Shown in pieces: positions 1 to 42,398 of a stretch of DNA of 60,000 nt (its first letter is position 1; every line of letters starts with the position of its first letter). The DNA is taken from assembly GCA_038087875.1 (NCBI GenBank), contig CM075987.1, positions 21,578,001-21,638,000 on the forward strand, in the 5' to 3' direction. The notes under the pieces were generated by a model that was not told the DNA's origin, searched no databases, and was given only the letters and a program-made list of their open reading frames with translations. The position numbers were made by a program, and so were the translations under genes. Source of the DNA: Malacoraja senta (Eukaryota).

Positions 1-1518
1 TTTAACAAGTTTATTAAAAATGGTGGGAATTTGTTAAGGTACAATTATGTCTTGAAGTTGTTTAACACAAACTAAAAGGTTGGAAAGTATCTTGGGGAGC
101 ATGATTGCAATTAAGTTTATGTGAAAATGTAAGAAAATTCCCTGGGGAAACTGCAAGTATTGCATTAACTGAGCATCCCCTGGAAAGGTAATGAGGGAAT
201 GATGCATGGGAGCAACTGAAGATTGCTTCGGGGGGGAGGGTTTAAAGAAGGAATTGTCTCCACCTTTACATAATGTATGTTTTCAGTAGTATGATACAAT
301 AAACTTTATTCATCCCTGGAGGGAAATTGGGGGAAAAAAAGGACAAGCGACTGTTGGCTGGTTGCCGTATGCACAGCGCCTAAACCAGAACGAAAGAACA
401 AACTCAGTTGATATGGAATTGCACTGATAAGTTTAGTCTTTACTATTTTTTCAAAAAATAACCCTTTTTACTGATCATCCAATTGTAAAAAAAAATCAGC
501 CTTTAAAGTTTTCAACTTTTGAATTTGGACCAGTATGCTTTATGTGGTGAAGTGTTAATTTCATTATTTTTAAAGCTCTTATACAAATCTTTTGGAAAAT
601 GGCTGTGTAAAGATTGCTGTGAAATGCTGTAAGATCTTTTATCTGCCTGATCAGGTATATACGGACCATTTTATAATAGATTAAGGTTGGTTTCTCTGCT
701 GCTAAATCTCCATGATATTGTTGCATTTGGACTCTTTTCACTTCTTTATGCTTCAGTTTCAACTTGTACCACGTCAGCTGCAACAGTCATTTCTGTCATT
801 ACCCACAGAAGTTCTTCCAAATGGCCAAGTTTCAAAATGTATTGACTTGCATTAAGTCTCTTTATTTTAGCTTTATTCCAAAGTCCCTTCATGAGCCATT
901 CATTGTAGTTTGCAATGTTTAGTAATGTGGGTGCTGGTCACTTCTACTGAACAGTTACAGAACATGGGAGTTAGAAACAAAGGTGCATATTTTGCTTAAC
1001 TCTGAACACCTCCCTACATGCAATATGTGATATATGAAGTTCTGTGAACATATGGCTTGTATACAAATACACTGCCTGTGTATTTTTTTGTAATCCTCTG
1101 ATACAGTTTTGCCATTTTTCTTTCTCAATCACTTTACAATTAAATTATTAGCGCACTTGGCTTTCTAAGTAGTCTTTTAGACAGCTTCCTCTTCAAATCT
1201 TTTGCCACTTTTTGCTCTTTTTAAAACATCTCCCCAAAAAGCATGGACCATGTTATGCTCTTAAGAATAAAGTTTGGTTCTCTCCCATAAAATGTGATGA
1301 ACTGCCATATGTACTTTGCCAGCAAGAGGCAACAACCACTTCCAATGCTTGAACAGGCACACTGGTGTTGGGCCCAGATATCTGCAAGTAGAATTGTGCC
1401 TCTGTGTACATTTCCCTTTTGAATGGACAAAGAATAAATTGAGCATGGACACAAAGCTGGAGTCTACTTGTAAACAAAATGAAATGGCTCAATTTTTTAC
1501 AATATGTTTTCATACTAG

Positions 1519-31162
<29,644 letters not shown>

Positions 31163-32684
31163 CTTCATTAGGGTCTGTGCTGATGTCATGCCTCGTAAGA
31201 ATGCTGAGTGCTTACTGCTGGGCAAAGTGAGAAAGGGAGGCCTTTGCTGCAATGAAGTTTGAAACATCTAGTTACTACCAGAGTGATTTGAATGTTAACA
31301 TTTAGTTTCCAAGATGAGATTCCCTGAGCATTTGATTCATTTTGTGAATGTAAATTATTCCTCTTCCGGAATCAATATGTAACCTTTAATATAGAAAATT
31401 ATTGATGTGCAAGAGATTGGAAATGAACTACACCATTGCAGTGGGGGGAAAGGGGCTCCTATACTGAGAAGAGAACTTTTATCTTGAAATGAATTCCCCA
31501 CAATTTTGTCTTTTATCTAAGTTGTAGGTTGCTGTTTGCACAATTCTCACTTTCTGTATTTAACATGCACTGTCTTGGGCAAGGCAACTTTCCAAATCTG
31601 CCATCTGTTATTTTTCTGATCAGGATACTGTAAATCTTCCTGGAACAGCACAGGTTCTTTCTTTTGCCCCCCACCATGTATATGGAGGCAAACTTGAATG
31701 TCATCAGTCTTTTGACAATAGTAAAATTATAGTTGAACAATTATAAAGTGTGGGTGGAGGTTAATTATGAGCTAATTTGTTCCACTTCTCTTCCTGCTTC
31801 CCCACCACCTTCCTCAAATTTGGAAAATATTGTTCTATCTCTTGCCTTCTATCACTCAGTGATAGCCTTTCAATATGTAATAGCTTTTATTTCTCTGTAC
31901 CTTTCTGGAGCAGAGAGGATAGCAGGAAATCTGCATCCTGGAAATTGTAAAGATGATTTAACTATCAAAAGCATAGCCATGGCCCTTTTGACTTCTCTTT
32001 TTCTAGGGGATCTATTTGGCCTGTCACTACATCTATAAAATTAGGACCAGGACATGACAAGTGATTGTTGTTCATGATAACTTTTATTACTTTAGTTTGC
32101 CAATAAGTATGTTCATGTGTATCTAGCACTTGTGGGGAAAGCAAGTATTTTAAAAACTATTGCACTTTAAATATCCATTGAAATTTTTTGCTCTGTTGCC
32201 ATTAACGAATTAGTAGATAATTAAATAGTTTTAAAGTGAGTTGTAGAGGGAAACTTTTATTGTTGCTCAGATTAACATAACGGTGTTGGAGGTGATGATA
32301 TTGAGCTTCCATCGTGCATTCAATGTTTCCAAATCTTATGATTGGGAGATTAGTAACTATCAAGAACATAATAGGAAATCTCAGCAGATTCGTCCTTCTG
32401 TTAAATACACCCATTAGCAGAGAGATGGGAATGGCTGCAGTTCTGACCTAGTTGTGTAGTCTGAGGAATGGCGGTATAACTACAAGTATTTGGGTATTAA
32501 AAGCATATCATTCAGAAATCTTGGGATATTGCTTTATTATGAAGAAAAACATAAAGCTATTTTTCTTTTTGTGCAATGCTAATTTTGTGCGGACATATAT
32601 GGAAATTGTTAACTTTTTAAAATTAAAGAGCATTGCTCCTATTTATAGATGTAACTTATGGTTTGTATTTGATAAATTCAGCAA

Positions 32685-32690
32685 AATAAA
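32685..32690 (+). promoter_or_regulatory. Candidate PKN3 polyadenylation signal AATAAA
   Basis: AATAAA after an AU-rich 3'UTR-like stretch, followed by T-rich sequence. Confidence 0.45.
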
Positions 32691-34160
32691 ATTTTAATTT
32701 CTTTAATCTATTGCTACTCTTTGGCAGCTTCTTGGCAGGAAAGGTCTAGTTCTGGCATAAAGCCTGCCCATACAACACAAGACCTGGAAATTGTATTTGT
32801 ATGTATCCAATTCCATTCTTGTCTGACCTCATTCTGAATTTACTTGTGCTCAAAATTTCCTTTCTTAATGTATTAATATCATGGACTATCTATAATGAAG
32901 GCATATAAAGCAGAAAAATCAAATTACTTTAAATCCAAATTAAGATATGAATTTGTTTAATCAATATTTTTTCACGTGATAATGACTCGAGGTAGAGGAC
33001 AGTAATCCAAAAATAAATCCAATATTTTAAAGAATATATCAACCTGTTCCAAAGATTATTTTAAAGAAAAGTAGCAAGTTGTGAAGAATATAAAACAGTA
33101 ATACAGTTAATATACAAATGGTTTTAAATCTCTGTACAGTCCAGCTGCTTAAATTCAATGTTAATTAAATTCCTGTTCACAGATTACAGTAATCTGTTTT
33201 GCCAGTTGTGCAGTGATTTGCTGTTTTTTCCAATGTATCAATGTCATGAATGTTGGTGAGATTGCTTTAATTGTTATAGTACATGTTGAGTTAACTGCAA
33301 CTCCCCTGCTTTTCTAGCAGGATGAAAGTATGTTTAGAAATGAGAGCACAAATGGGGATTGTAAGAAATAAAATTAAATTATTTGGGAAAACATTGGGTC
33401 AACTAGGCATTTTGAGAGTATACTTCCAATTCAATGGAAGAACAAAAACAGTTACGTAGAACAAGAGATTGAATCAGCAAAGTACATTAATTAATGCATT
33501 GCTTACATTTCTGTTAAAGAAATTGAGCGATGCTGCTTCTCGGTGGTATTTTGCCTGCAGATAAATTTCAGCCTCTTTCTGTACCCTGGACTAGTTTGCT
33601 ATTTCATGCGACCTGCAAATGTACTTTAGAGTTTATGTTCACTATATCATCCAGATATCTGAAAGTAGATGATAAACTGATCAATTGTATTTGAGTTTTT
33701 GCCATGCACTTTGCAAAGACGGGTTGAGACTCTGCTGTGCAGAAACTCTTGATATGCACACCGTCGTGCTAAAAAAAAATATCCTATAGTGTTAGTTACC
33801 AGCATTGGAACAAATGCTGTATGCCTGGATAGATTTGGTAGCCGAACAGTACTCTGATCTAGATTTTGATTTTCAATCCCACAGGTTCATTTAGCTATTT
33901 GTGTTTTGAACACCATGACAGCTGTAACTGCTTAAATGGTGTGTGCATGTAAAATGTCTGGATAGCGCACTGTCATGATAGGAATTGGTGTTTGCAGGCA
34001 TTATTGGCAATCTAATGGAGAAGGAATTCATCATTTGTTTTCCCATTTATGATGGTTGAAGTTATTTAAAAAAATTTAGTTATCATCCAGTCTCCATCTT
34101 AGTGAGGTAGTAAAGCAAAATAAGCAAAGATGAGATCACGAGTGGATAGAAACACAAATG

Positions 34161-34476
34161 CTAAACCAACCCATCCTCTTCTTTAAAATAAATCCTTTCC
34201 CATGCAACAGTCTTGCATACACAGAAAAACACCCACAAATTCACAAGAATGCCCTGATCAAATGGATTTTCCTCTGAGCTGCAGTGTTTGAGGTAAGAAA
34301 TGCGATGGCGGGACATAAACTCCCAAGTTGTGGTATTGCTGGATACCAGATACAAGTGCGATACCAATAACAGCATAACCACCACGGTGAGAATGATAAT
34401 GATGATGAATGCCAACAGCAGGAATATGTTGATACGGAGCCACTCTTTCCACTCGGTTTCAGTACCAAATCCAGAC
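34161..34476 (-). CDS. ZDHHC12: ZDHHC12 exon 5 (TM, NTTTWEF, NPFD, stop)
   Basis: cag acceptor, TAG stop. Confidence 0.93.
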
Positions 34477-37400
34477 CTGCACATAACAGCAATAATATTT
34501 AGGAATATTATAGATATCAAGCATTGTGCAGTAATTAACTATGCAGAATGATTTCATGCTGATCCTTACCAGGCAATGTGGAAAGCCCACAACAGGACAG
34601 TCAATTGAGAAATTAGGTAGAGCATAAAGAAGCGATGATTTCTCTCCCCCACACAGTTCTCAATCCACGGGCAGTGGTGATCATATCGCCGTACACAGTG
34701 TTGACAGGACTGGCAGTGTTTAGACCGCATGGGTTGCTGCTGAAACAAAGGAAAATCATTAGAATTTATCTTCTAAATCAAATAGAGTGCAAAAATGAGT
34801 TAAGGTTAACCTGAAGTGGAATTATTCAATGTTCTGCCTGCTTCTGTAATACAGAATTGACAGATTGAATCCCACAATATCACTTTAAATTTGCCAAACT
34901 TACTAAATTATTTCAACATTTTAGCATTTACTTTGTTTTACAGAAATAAAATGTCAGATTAGTACCCAATTGAAAATACAGATATATAATAGTTTGATAT
35001 AACAGGCTTATAATTTAACACCAAGTTATATTAAACTGCAATTTCTTGGAGCTCACTTGAACTACTGGAGTTTCCAATTGAATGCAATAAAGAAAAAATG
35101 ATTGCACTTCATGTGATTAATAATTATATTAAATCCAACTAATACAGCTTAACACCTAAGTATTAAGCATTGGTCACCGTTGGAGATACCTCTTTCAGAT
35201 TAGATGTTAAAAGACCATGGCAAAAAATACAGGAATTCTCTTTGATATCCTCCCCATTATTATTTGCTCAACAGCACACTAAAAGCAGATCATCTGAACA
35301 TTTTTTTTTCACTTTGTGTTGTGGGTTTCACTGACATGGTCAGCACTTTATTGACCATTCCTAACTTTGACAGCCTTTCATTGTCAGAGTTATACAGGTC
35401 AGAAACAGGCCCTCCTCTGAATTGTTTTTGGATTTCTTGAGATTTTTATACTGGACTGATACACTTTATTAATACTTTAAAGCTGTACTTTTAGAAAAAT
35501 AAATTCCCACCTGGACCATGCAGTAGCCACAGCGCCTCAATCTCTGGGCTTTCTGTACCACAGGGACCATCTGTTCCTCGTCATCCCAAACACAATGAAT
35601 CGATCGAGACACCTGGGTTTGCAAGGAACCAGCAAAAACCTCAGGAACTGAAAAACTTAATCTTCAAAATAAAATACAGAGCACTATGTTTATTGGAAGA
35701 AAGTGTTAATTTTAAACAAGGGGGTGAATATTTGCAAACACAATCATATGAAGCTACTTGCATTCAGGAAATGCAAATAAGTACATAAGGAACATAAGAC
35801 TCCTAGTAGCAATGGATGAAAATTGTGGGAGAAAGCTCACATGAAACAAAAACATCAACATGAAAGAAAAGCACCAATTGCCAGTTTCTTTGCAATAAGT
35901 TTTGTCTATAGGTGACCCCTCACGTTTTAGAGGGTTGTGTTCCTTGAAAACAGTCTATCCCAATTTTCCGTAACATAAAGCCACGTCATCAGTGCATACG
36001 GCACGAAACACGAGTTTAAAAATATATGGACGTTTATTTACTTTTTCTCCCAGTAAATTCCGTGAGAGCAAATTTTATTCCGTGTCTGATTTGTGACTTC
36101 TGTAAGGGGCAATTCCTGTTACCCAAACAGTCCTAAGGTGGGATCACAAGGAATTGCAGATGCTAGAATCTTGAACAAAACACAAAGTGATGGAATAACT
36201 CAGTGGGTGAGGCAGCATCTGTGGAGAATACTGAAAGGCAATGTTTCGGGTCGGGACTGATTCAGTCTGAAGAAGGGTTCCGACCCGAAACGTGATCTAT
36301 CATGTCCTCCAGAGATGCTGCCTGTCTCACTGAGTTCCACTTGCACTTTGAGCCCTAACATGGGTTGCCTGTAATTTCGGCTCTGGAGCAATATCGTTTC
36401 TACAGGATACAACTTACTTTGGCTACTCACACGGAGGAAAGAATGCAGCTTCAGCTACCTGTGGCATATTGTGCTAGATGGAGCTTGATTTACCTTTAGT
36501 TCATCGTCAAATGTGACGTATCCTGGATCCATGAGGGAGGTGATGAAGTACAGTAACATTGAACAGAGAACGAGCAGGAGGAAGGTTACTGGCTTTAGGA
36601 ACTCGCCACGTTCCTCGCTCTGCTTCAAATCTGTAATTAACAATAACAATTTGCATTCATTCAGCATTTTTCACATGCAAGATGAGCAAAGTGACTCGGG
36701 CAAATAAGTAATGAAAATGTCATATTTTCTCCTGGATGTGGTGAGGATGTTTCCACATGTGGGAAAGTCTAGGATTAAAGGACGTTCTTTTAGTAAGGAG
36801 ATGAGAAATTTCTTTAGTCAGAGGGTGGTGAATCTGTGGAATTCTTTGCCACAGAAGGATGTGGAGGCTGTCAGTGGATATTTTTAAGGCAGATAGATTT
36901 TTGATTAGTACAGGTGTCAGAGGTTAAAGGGAGAAGGCTGGAGAATGGGGTTAGGAGGGAGAGATAGATCAGCCATAATTGAATGGCATAGACTTGATTG
37001 GCCGAAATGGCCTAATTCTATTATTCCTTATGACCTTCTTAGACATTCCTTCAGGATCAGGAATGACATGCTTCTGCTGGAGTTCTGCAGATTTTAGGCC
37101 AGTGTTGCACACATAAACGTTGTCATTAGTGGGGTAAAAGCTGCTTGATATGAAGCTAGTTATACGCTACATAATTTACACTGGGCTTTTGTGTGTTCAA
37201 ATGGATTCTTAAAGCCTTAGCAAATGCTCCTCCATTCTGAGGTCTTGAATCCGATTTTCTCATAAATTGTGGGAAGGAGTAGTGTCTAATCCAGGTTTCA
37301 GGTGGTGGACAAGCGATGTAGCCTGCCCAATCGAGCCAGCACTGTAAATAGGGCTTCAGAGCTGGGAATGTTGGGCTGGAGGGAGATACTAACGTTGGTC

Positions 37401-39048
37401 CATCCAGTTTTGTGCAGTCTATGCATAACGCCTCTTCAGTGCTTTGAAGAGCTTACTGTAGGTTAATTAGGATCAGGTGAATTGTAGTAAATATCTAAAG
37501 GGCTTGACTAAGTAGGAAGAGGTATAGATACCTCCCTGGCTGGAGCATCTAAAAGTAAAGGGCACTGTCTCAAAAGAAGAGGGTTGGTCATTCAGGTAAG
37601 ATATTGTCCTTCAGTCAGAGAGCATAGAATCTTTGGAAAGTAGACAAAAATGCTGGAGAAACTCAGCGGGTGAGGCAGCATCTATTTTTATTTTTTGGAA
37701 ATTGCAAGAGGGAGAGAGGGCTCTTGATCTATTTCTTATGTTAGTAAATAGAGTTGGTCAGAATTTTTTTTGGACAGGATACAGCATTTTTTCCACAATA
37801 TCAGAAAGGCATCGTTATAATGAATCCGATGAATTCAAAAGAGATTTGTTTACTCGGGGGAGACGATGGGGATTCGTCACCCCAGGGAGTGAGTGTTCCA
37901 CAGGGCACTGATTCATGTCAAGGATGATGGATCAAGTTGGGAGGTCAGACATACTGAAAGGTGGGATAAATGGGGAGGGAGCACCCAGAGAAGTCATAAA
38001 TACCCCCACTAATATGTGAATTCACCATACGAAATTGGTTAAAAGCGCAGTTATTGTGCGTTTATGTGAATGTTTGGGGGGGGGGCGGGCGGGTGGGCAA
38101 GTCACTTAAAAAATTAAGTTAATTTCACTAACATAAGTTGTAATATTTCACTGGGATCACCAGTAACCCAAAAGGTATGAACACTATCATAAATGTTTAC
38201 CCTATACGTAACAATTTATAATGAATTTATGATCCCACTGTTTATTGTACGTTTGCAAGGAGGGAGGGCGTCAGTTGTTCGCAGGAACTGCTCCAGTACA
38301 TCGAGCAGGCCGACCGGACTTCGAATAATGGCGCCAAAATTGCTGGTGCCTGCATGAGTAATATATGCAAAAAGAATTTCACCCTGCAGTTGCACATGTG
38401 ACAAATAAAGCACTATTGACTATTGAGGCGGGCGGCACAGTGGTGCAGCGGTAGAGCTGTTGCCTTACTGCGCCGGAGACATGGTTCGATCCTGACCAGG
38501 AATGCTTGTCTATGTTCTCCCCGTTTAAGAAGGAACTGCAGATGCTGGAAAATCGAAGGTAGATAAAAATGCTGGAGAAACTCAGCGGGTGAGGCAGCAT
38601 CTATGGAGCGAAGGGAATAGGAAACGTTTCGGGTCGAGACCCTTCTTCAGACCCTTTCCTTCGCTCCATAGATGCTGCCTCATCCGCTGAGTTTCTCCAG
38701 CATTTTTGTCTACCTATGTTCTACCCGTGATCTGTGTGGGTTTTCTCCGGGTGCTCTGGTTTCCTCCCACACTCCAAAGACGTGCAGTTTTCTGTGGCTT
38801 GGTATAAATGTAAAATTATCCCTAGTGTGTGTAGGATAGTGTTAGTGTGCAGGGATCGCAGGTCGGCGTGGACTTGGTGGGTCTGTTTTCACGCTGTATC
38901 TCTAAACTAAACTACCCACAGACATGATGTTAGACCCACTGACGGCCTCACCCGTTCTGTGCAGGAAGAGAATCAACGTCACCGCCCAGGTGAGCGCCAC
39001 GTGACCGGCCCGCACCGCGAAGCCGGCGGACAGAACCTTCCGGAACAT
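34161..39048 (-). CDS. ZDHHC12: Palmitoyltransferase ZDHHC12, complete, 5 exons (272-273 aa)
   Basis: Exons 38952-39048, 36494-36630, 35511-35612, 34570-34736 (or 34739), 34161-34476 join in frame. N-terminus [42 protein letters not shown] domain [32 protein letters not shown] and NPFD motifs. Confidence 0.95.
34570..34739 (-). CDS. ZDHHC12: ZDHHC12 exon 4 (DHHC motif)
   Basis: tandem cag/CAG acceptor, gtaagg donor. Confidence 0.93.
35511..35612 (-). CDS. ZDHHC12: ZDHHC12 exon 3 (...[10 protein letters not shown])
   Basis: cag acceptor, gtggga donor; CxxC. Confidence 0.9.
36494..36630 (-). CDS. ZDHHC12: ZDHHC12 exon 2 ([14 protein letters not shown]...[13 protein letters not shown])
   Basis: cag acceptor, gtaaat donor; DPG motif. 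Confidence 0.93.
36730..37040 (+). mobile_element. CR1 3' fragment
   Basis: gtggtgaatctgtggaattct and 3'UTR. Confidence 0.75.
38431..38913 (+). mobile_element. HE1-like SINE interrupted by a fold-back Penelope-like element (38525-38713)
   Basis: ggcggcacagtggtgcagcggtaga head, ctaaactaaact tail; nested insert with 15-bp TSD ctatgttct(c/a)cccgt. Confidence 0.8.
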
Positions 39049-39310
39049 TCCAGAGCAATCGCCGGCTCGCCGCTCGCCAACCTCGTGTCTCGGCGGCGTG
39101 CGGCCACCTTCAGCCGCGGCGAGAGCGGAGCGGGCGAAGAGGGACCATCACTGGGACCGGAGCGGGCGAACAACCGCGGTCAGCGCCGCGACCCACCCCC
39201 CCCCCGCCGTCTCCTCGGAGACAGTAACACGGCTGCTCATTGGTGGCGACGCCCCGTTTGGTTGGAGGTAAGATCAGTCCCGGGATCTGCGCTGCCGCCG
39301 GGGACTGGAT
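38940..39310 (-). promoter_or_regulatory. CpG island / ZDHHC12 promoter and 5'UTR
   Basis: Sharp GC and CpG enrichment around exon 1; CCAAT on the minus strand at 39239-39243. Confidence 0.8.
38952..39048 (-). CDS. ZDHHC12: ZDHHC12 exon 1
   Basis: ATG at 39048, G/gtgagg donor, inside CpG island. Confidence 0.9.
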
Positions 39311-40647
39311 CTGAAAATATTATAAACATAACTGGGACTTGATTAACGAAATAGGTTCTCATCTAGTTTTAAAGGGGAGAAATGCTGCAAAAATGTTTGG
39401 GGAACATGAGCAGCACCAGAATAAGAAATACAAAGAATTTGTGGTAAAACCAAACTAAGAGGCAAAGATCCTATAGCCGCTATAGGATCTTTGCTAAAGA
39501 CAGGTACCAAGATTTCTCTCTCCGTCCCTCCCCCTAGTTCTCCGATTAGTTTCACTCGTGTCCCCCTGATTAAATTTACTGATCGCATGCTTCCTTGTCA
39601 GCTTTCCCTCAGCTGGTTTCCATGAACCATTCTACATTTCTTTATCAGCATCTGCTTTGATCTGTAGTTTTCACACCTTACCCCTCCATATCTCTGGTCT
39701 CCTTCTCCCCCCGACTCTAAGTCTAAAGAAGGGTCTCGACCCGAAACGTCACCTATTCCTTCTCTCCAGAGATGCTGCCTGACTAGCTGTTACTCCAGCA
39801 TTTTGTGTCTGTTTTATATTGTAAATAGAACTGGGACTTGATTAACAACAGTGGTTCTCATCTGGTTTTAAAGGGGAGAAATGGCGCAAAGATGTTTGGG
39901 GAAGATTACCAGCACCAAAATAAGAAATACAAAGATTTTTGGTAAAACCGAACTAAGAAGGACCAAGATGTGTGTGCTCCAAACCAAAGTGTATTCGACT
40001 AGTTTAGGGGTAATTAACTACATCTGATTGTGATGTTATTTCTTTACAAAGGGTCAGGAATGGGTTCACAATATGTGCCAGTACAAGGTGCAGAACTGGT
40101 TAAGAGCATTTGCAGTGCTGAAAAGTTTGAGATTAGTTTATTGTCAAGTGTACCGAGGTACAGTGAAAAGCTTTTGTTGCGTGCTAACCAGTCAGTGGAG
40201 AGACAATACATGATTACAATCGAGCCATCCACAGTGTACAGACACGTGATCAAGGGAATAACGAAAAACATTTAGTGCAAGATAAAGTCCAGTATAGTCC
40301 GTTCAAAGATAGTCCGAGGATCTCCAATGAGGTAGATAGTAGTTCAGGAGTGAAGAAGGGTCTTGACCCAAAAGGTCACCCACTCCTTCTGTCCAGAGAT
40401 GCTGCCTGTGATTGTGATGTTATTGCTTAAAAAAGGGCCAGGAATAGGTTCATAATATGTGTCAGTACAAGGTGTCAGACTCGGTACATGAGAGAATCTA
40501 TTTGAGATAATCATTCATTATCAATCCCTTCAGCTTCCTCCTTTAACTCTGGGACTATGGCAGAATCTCAGGGAATGAATGTAATGGATCTACAGGGAAT
40601 ATCAGGATGACGTATATAGATAAACATCAATAAACAAAATATGAAAT

Positions 40648-40653
40648 TTTATT
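40648..40653 (-). promoter_or_regulatory. Candidate polyadenylation signal of the unknown gene
   Basis: AATAAA on the minus strand ending an AU-rich stretch, with T/GT-rich sequence downstream. Confidence 0.45.
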
Positions 40654-42233
40654 TTAAGTTGTAAGAACTTTACATTGTTCCATTTCTGTATTGCAAACAT
40701 ATTCAAGTTACAAAGTCTTCTAATAAAATGAATATTAAATATTTGGTCATAGTTTTGTTTATCATCCAAGTTCCTCTGCAAATCATTCAACACCAAAAAC
40801 CTCCACGTGATTTTTCATTTCATCCATCCAAAAATATAATTTTAGCTCAAATACCCAATAATGCGAGATGGCATCCTGGTAAAACTTGCAGTGTAAGCGA
40901 CAAACGGTGGTATTTCAAACATTGGTGAGCAAAAACTGCTGTATTCAGAAAATTCCATTTTAAAACCCTTCAGTACAGAAGGGTATCACTTGGCCTATTA
41001 CTTCTTTTGTGTTTTACTTTCAAAGCACAATAATCCATTTAGCTCATCTTCCTCTACTCTTTGCTACAGCTTTATCCCTTTCCATGTATTTATCCAATTC
41101 CTTTTTGAATCGGATTCCAGAGCCATTTCAGTCAATATCACAAAGGTTTAGACTTCGGTGCACACTTAGAAGTGCTGAAATATTGGATGAGCTATCTTTT
41201 TTGAAGAGGCATTAAACCCATCCACACTGCCAAGCAAATGTTAGAGTCCTGGGCATTATTTTTAACAGGAAGGAGGATGGCTATTCCCCCTGTCCTAGCT
41301 AATATTTATCCCTCAAATCCAATAGACACTATTTGATCATTGCATTGTACTTTGGGGGAGAGCTTGCTACTTCAAAATTGGATGCCATAATTCTCACAAA
41401 AGTACATTATATATAGTTCTTTGGCTATAAACCATTGTGGTTCACCAGAGGCTACCAAAAAGGCCGTGTCATTGCAAATCCATTTTACATTAAAAAAATT
41501 AAATACAATCATTGCCACCACCACTTTGTTCCTTTAACCAATTTCCTGGGTGATGAGTAAGGAATAGTCTTTCAATAACCAAGTATCATAAAGAGCAATG
41601 TGATAATGACCATATATCTTTTTTTAAATACTACTGAGTGAGGGATAAATATTGGCCAAAGCACCAGAGAGAATTCCCCAGTTCTTTAGCTACCTGAGGA
41701 GGTCAAGGAAAGAGCGTTCACATCGCGGCCCTGTTTCCACCAATCTTTCCACCACCACGCACAAGAAGCGCAAGACAGACACCATTGTATGCAGATGCAG
41801 AGAAGTGTGTTCAGCTCTGGCTGAACATCTTTTAATCTGTGTGGACTCGATAAGAAGAAGAAGCTACCTGAGAAGTCAGGTTCAATGTCTCTGAAAGCCT
41901 GTGCCTCCAACCACACTACAGTTCTTCTTAATGGGACTAAGAATGTTAGTCCATTCACGGTTTCGGACCTCAAGGCTGAGGCTTGAACCTGTGATCTGAC
42001 AGGGAATGAAACTTGATTGACTTTTATTGCAACACGTAAACAAAATGGGAATGTAGTTTGATACTTGCACTATTGAACCTGGTGCAAAACAAAGACCCTT
42101 TGGAATAATAAATCTGGAAAATGAGGGATGGTCAGTGCATGAGCAGGAACGTGTTGGGTGCCTTGAATTCCTCATCCATGCCCCTTCCAGATCGCAGACA
42201 GAAGGGGATATGTGAGTTGAGGATTAGGGGCTA

Positions 42234-42398
42234 TTACCAAACACACGACATCTCAGATGCAGCATCACTGTTACGGCGGGTTCTTGTTGGGGACCATCCC
42301 ATTTCTGAACGGGCGTCATCTGTGTTTGTCAACTTTGGCCAGCGGCTGTAGCGTTTGGTGGATTGCTTATTATTCCAATTCCGTGGTTTTGTGTTCAT
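42234..42398 (-). CDS. Unknown gene terminal coding exon ([10 protein letters not shown]...SEMSCVW*)
   Basis: gtttcag acceptor, open to TAA; followed by repeat-poor 3'UTR-like DNA. Confidence 0.65.
   Translation of the reverse strand: MNTKPRNWNNKQSTKRYSRWPKLTNTDDARSEMGWSPTRTRRNSDAASEMSCVW

Noticed and set aside
1..1518. Further upstream PKN3 (HR1) exons and the short ORFs here
   Set aside because: No HR1-like peptide with splice sites found; treated as intron
38431..38500. tRNA-like sequence (also near 16030, 45950, 59600)
   Set aside because: Heads of tRNA-derived SINEs, not tRNA genes
38959..39342. 127-aa plus-strand ORF
   Set aside because: GTG start, antisense to ZDHHC12 exon 1, expected by chance in a CpG island
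42234..42250. Possible CaaX prenylation motif at the unknown protein's C-terminus
   Set aside because: Ends SCVW, with Cys third from the end rather than fourth
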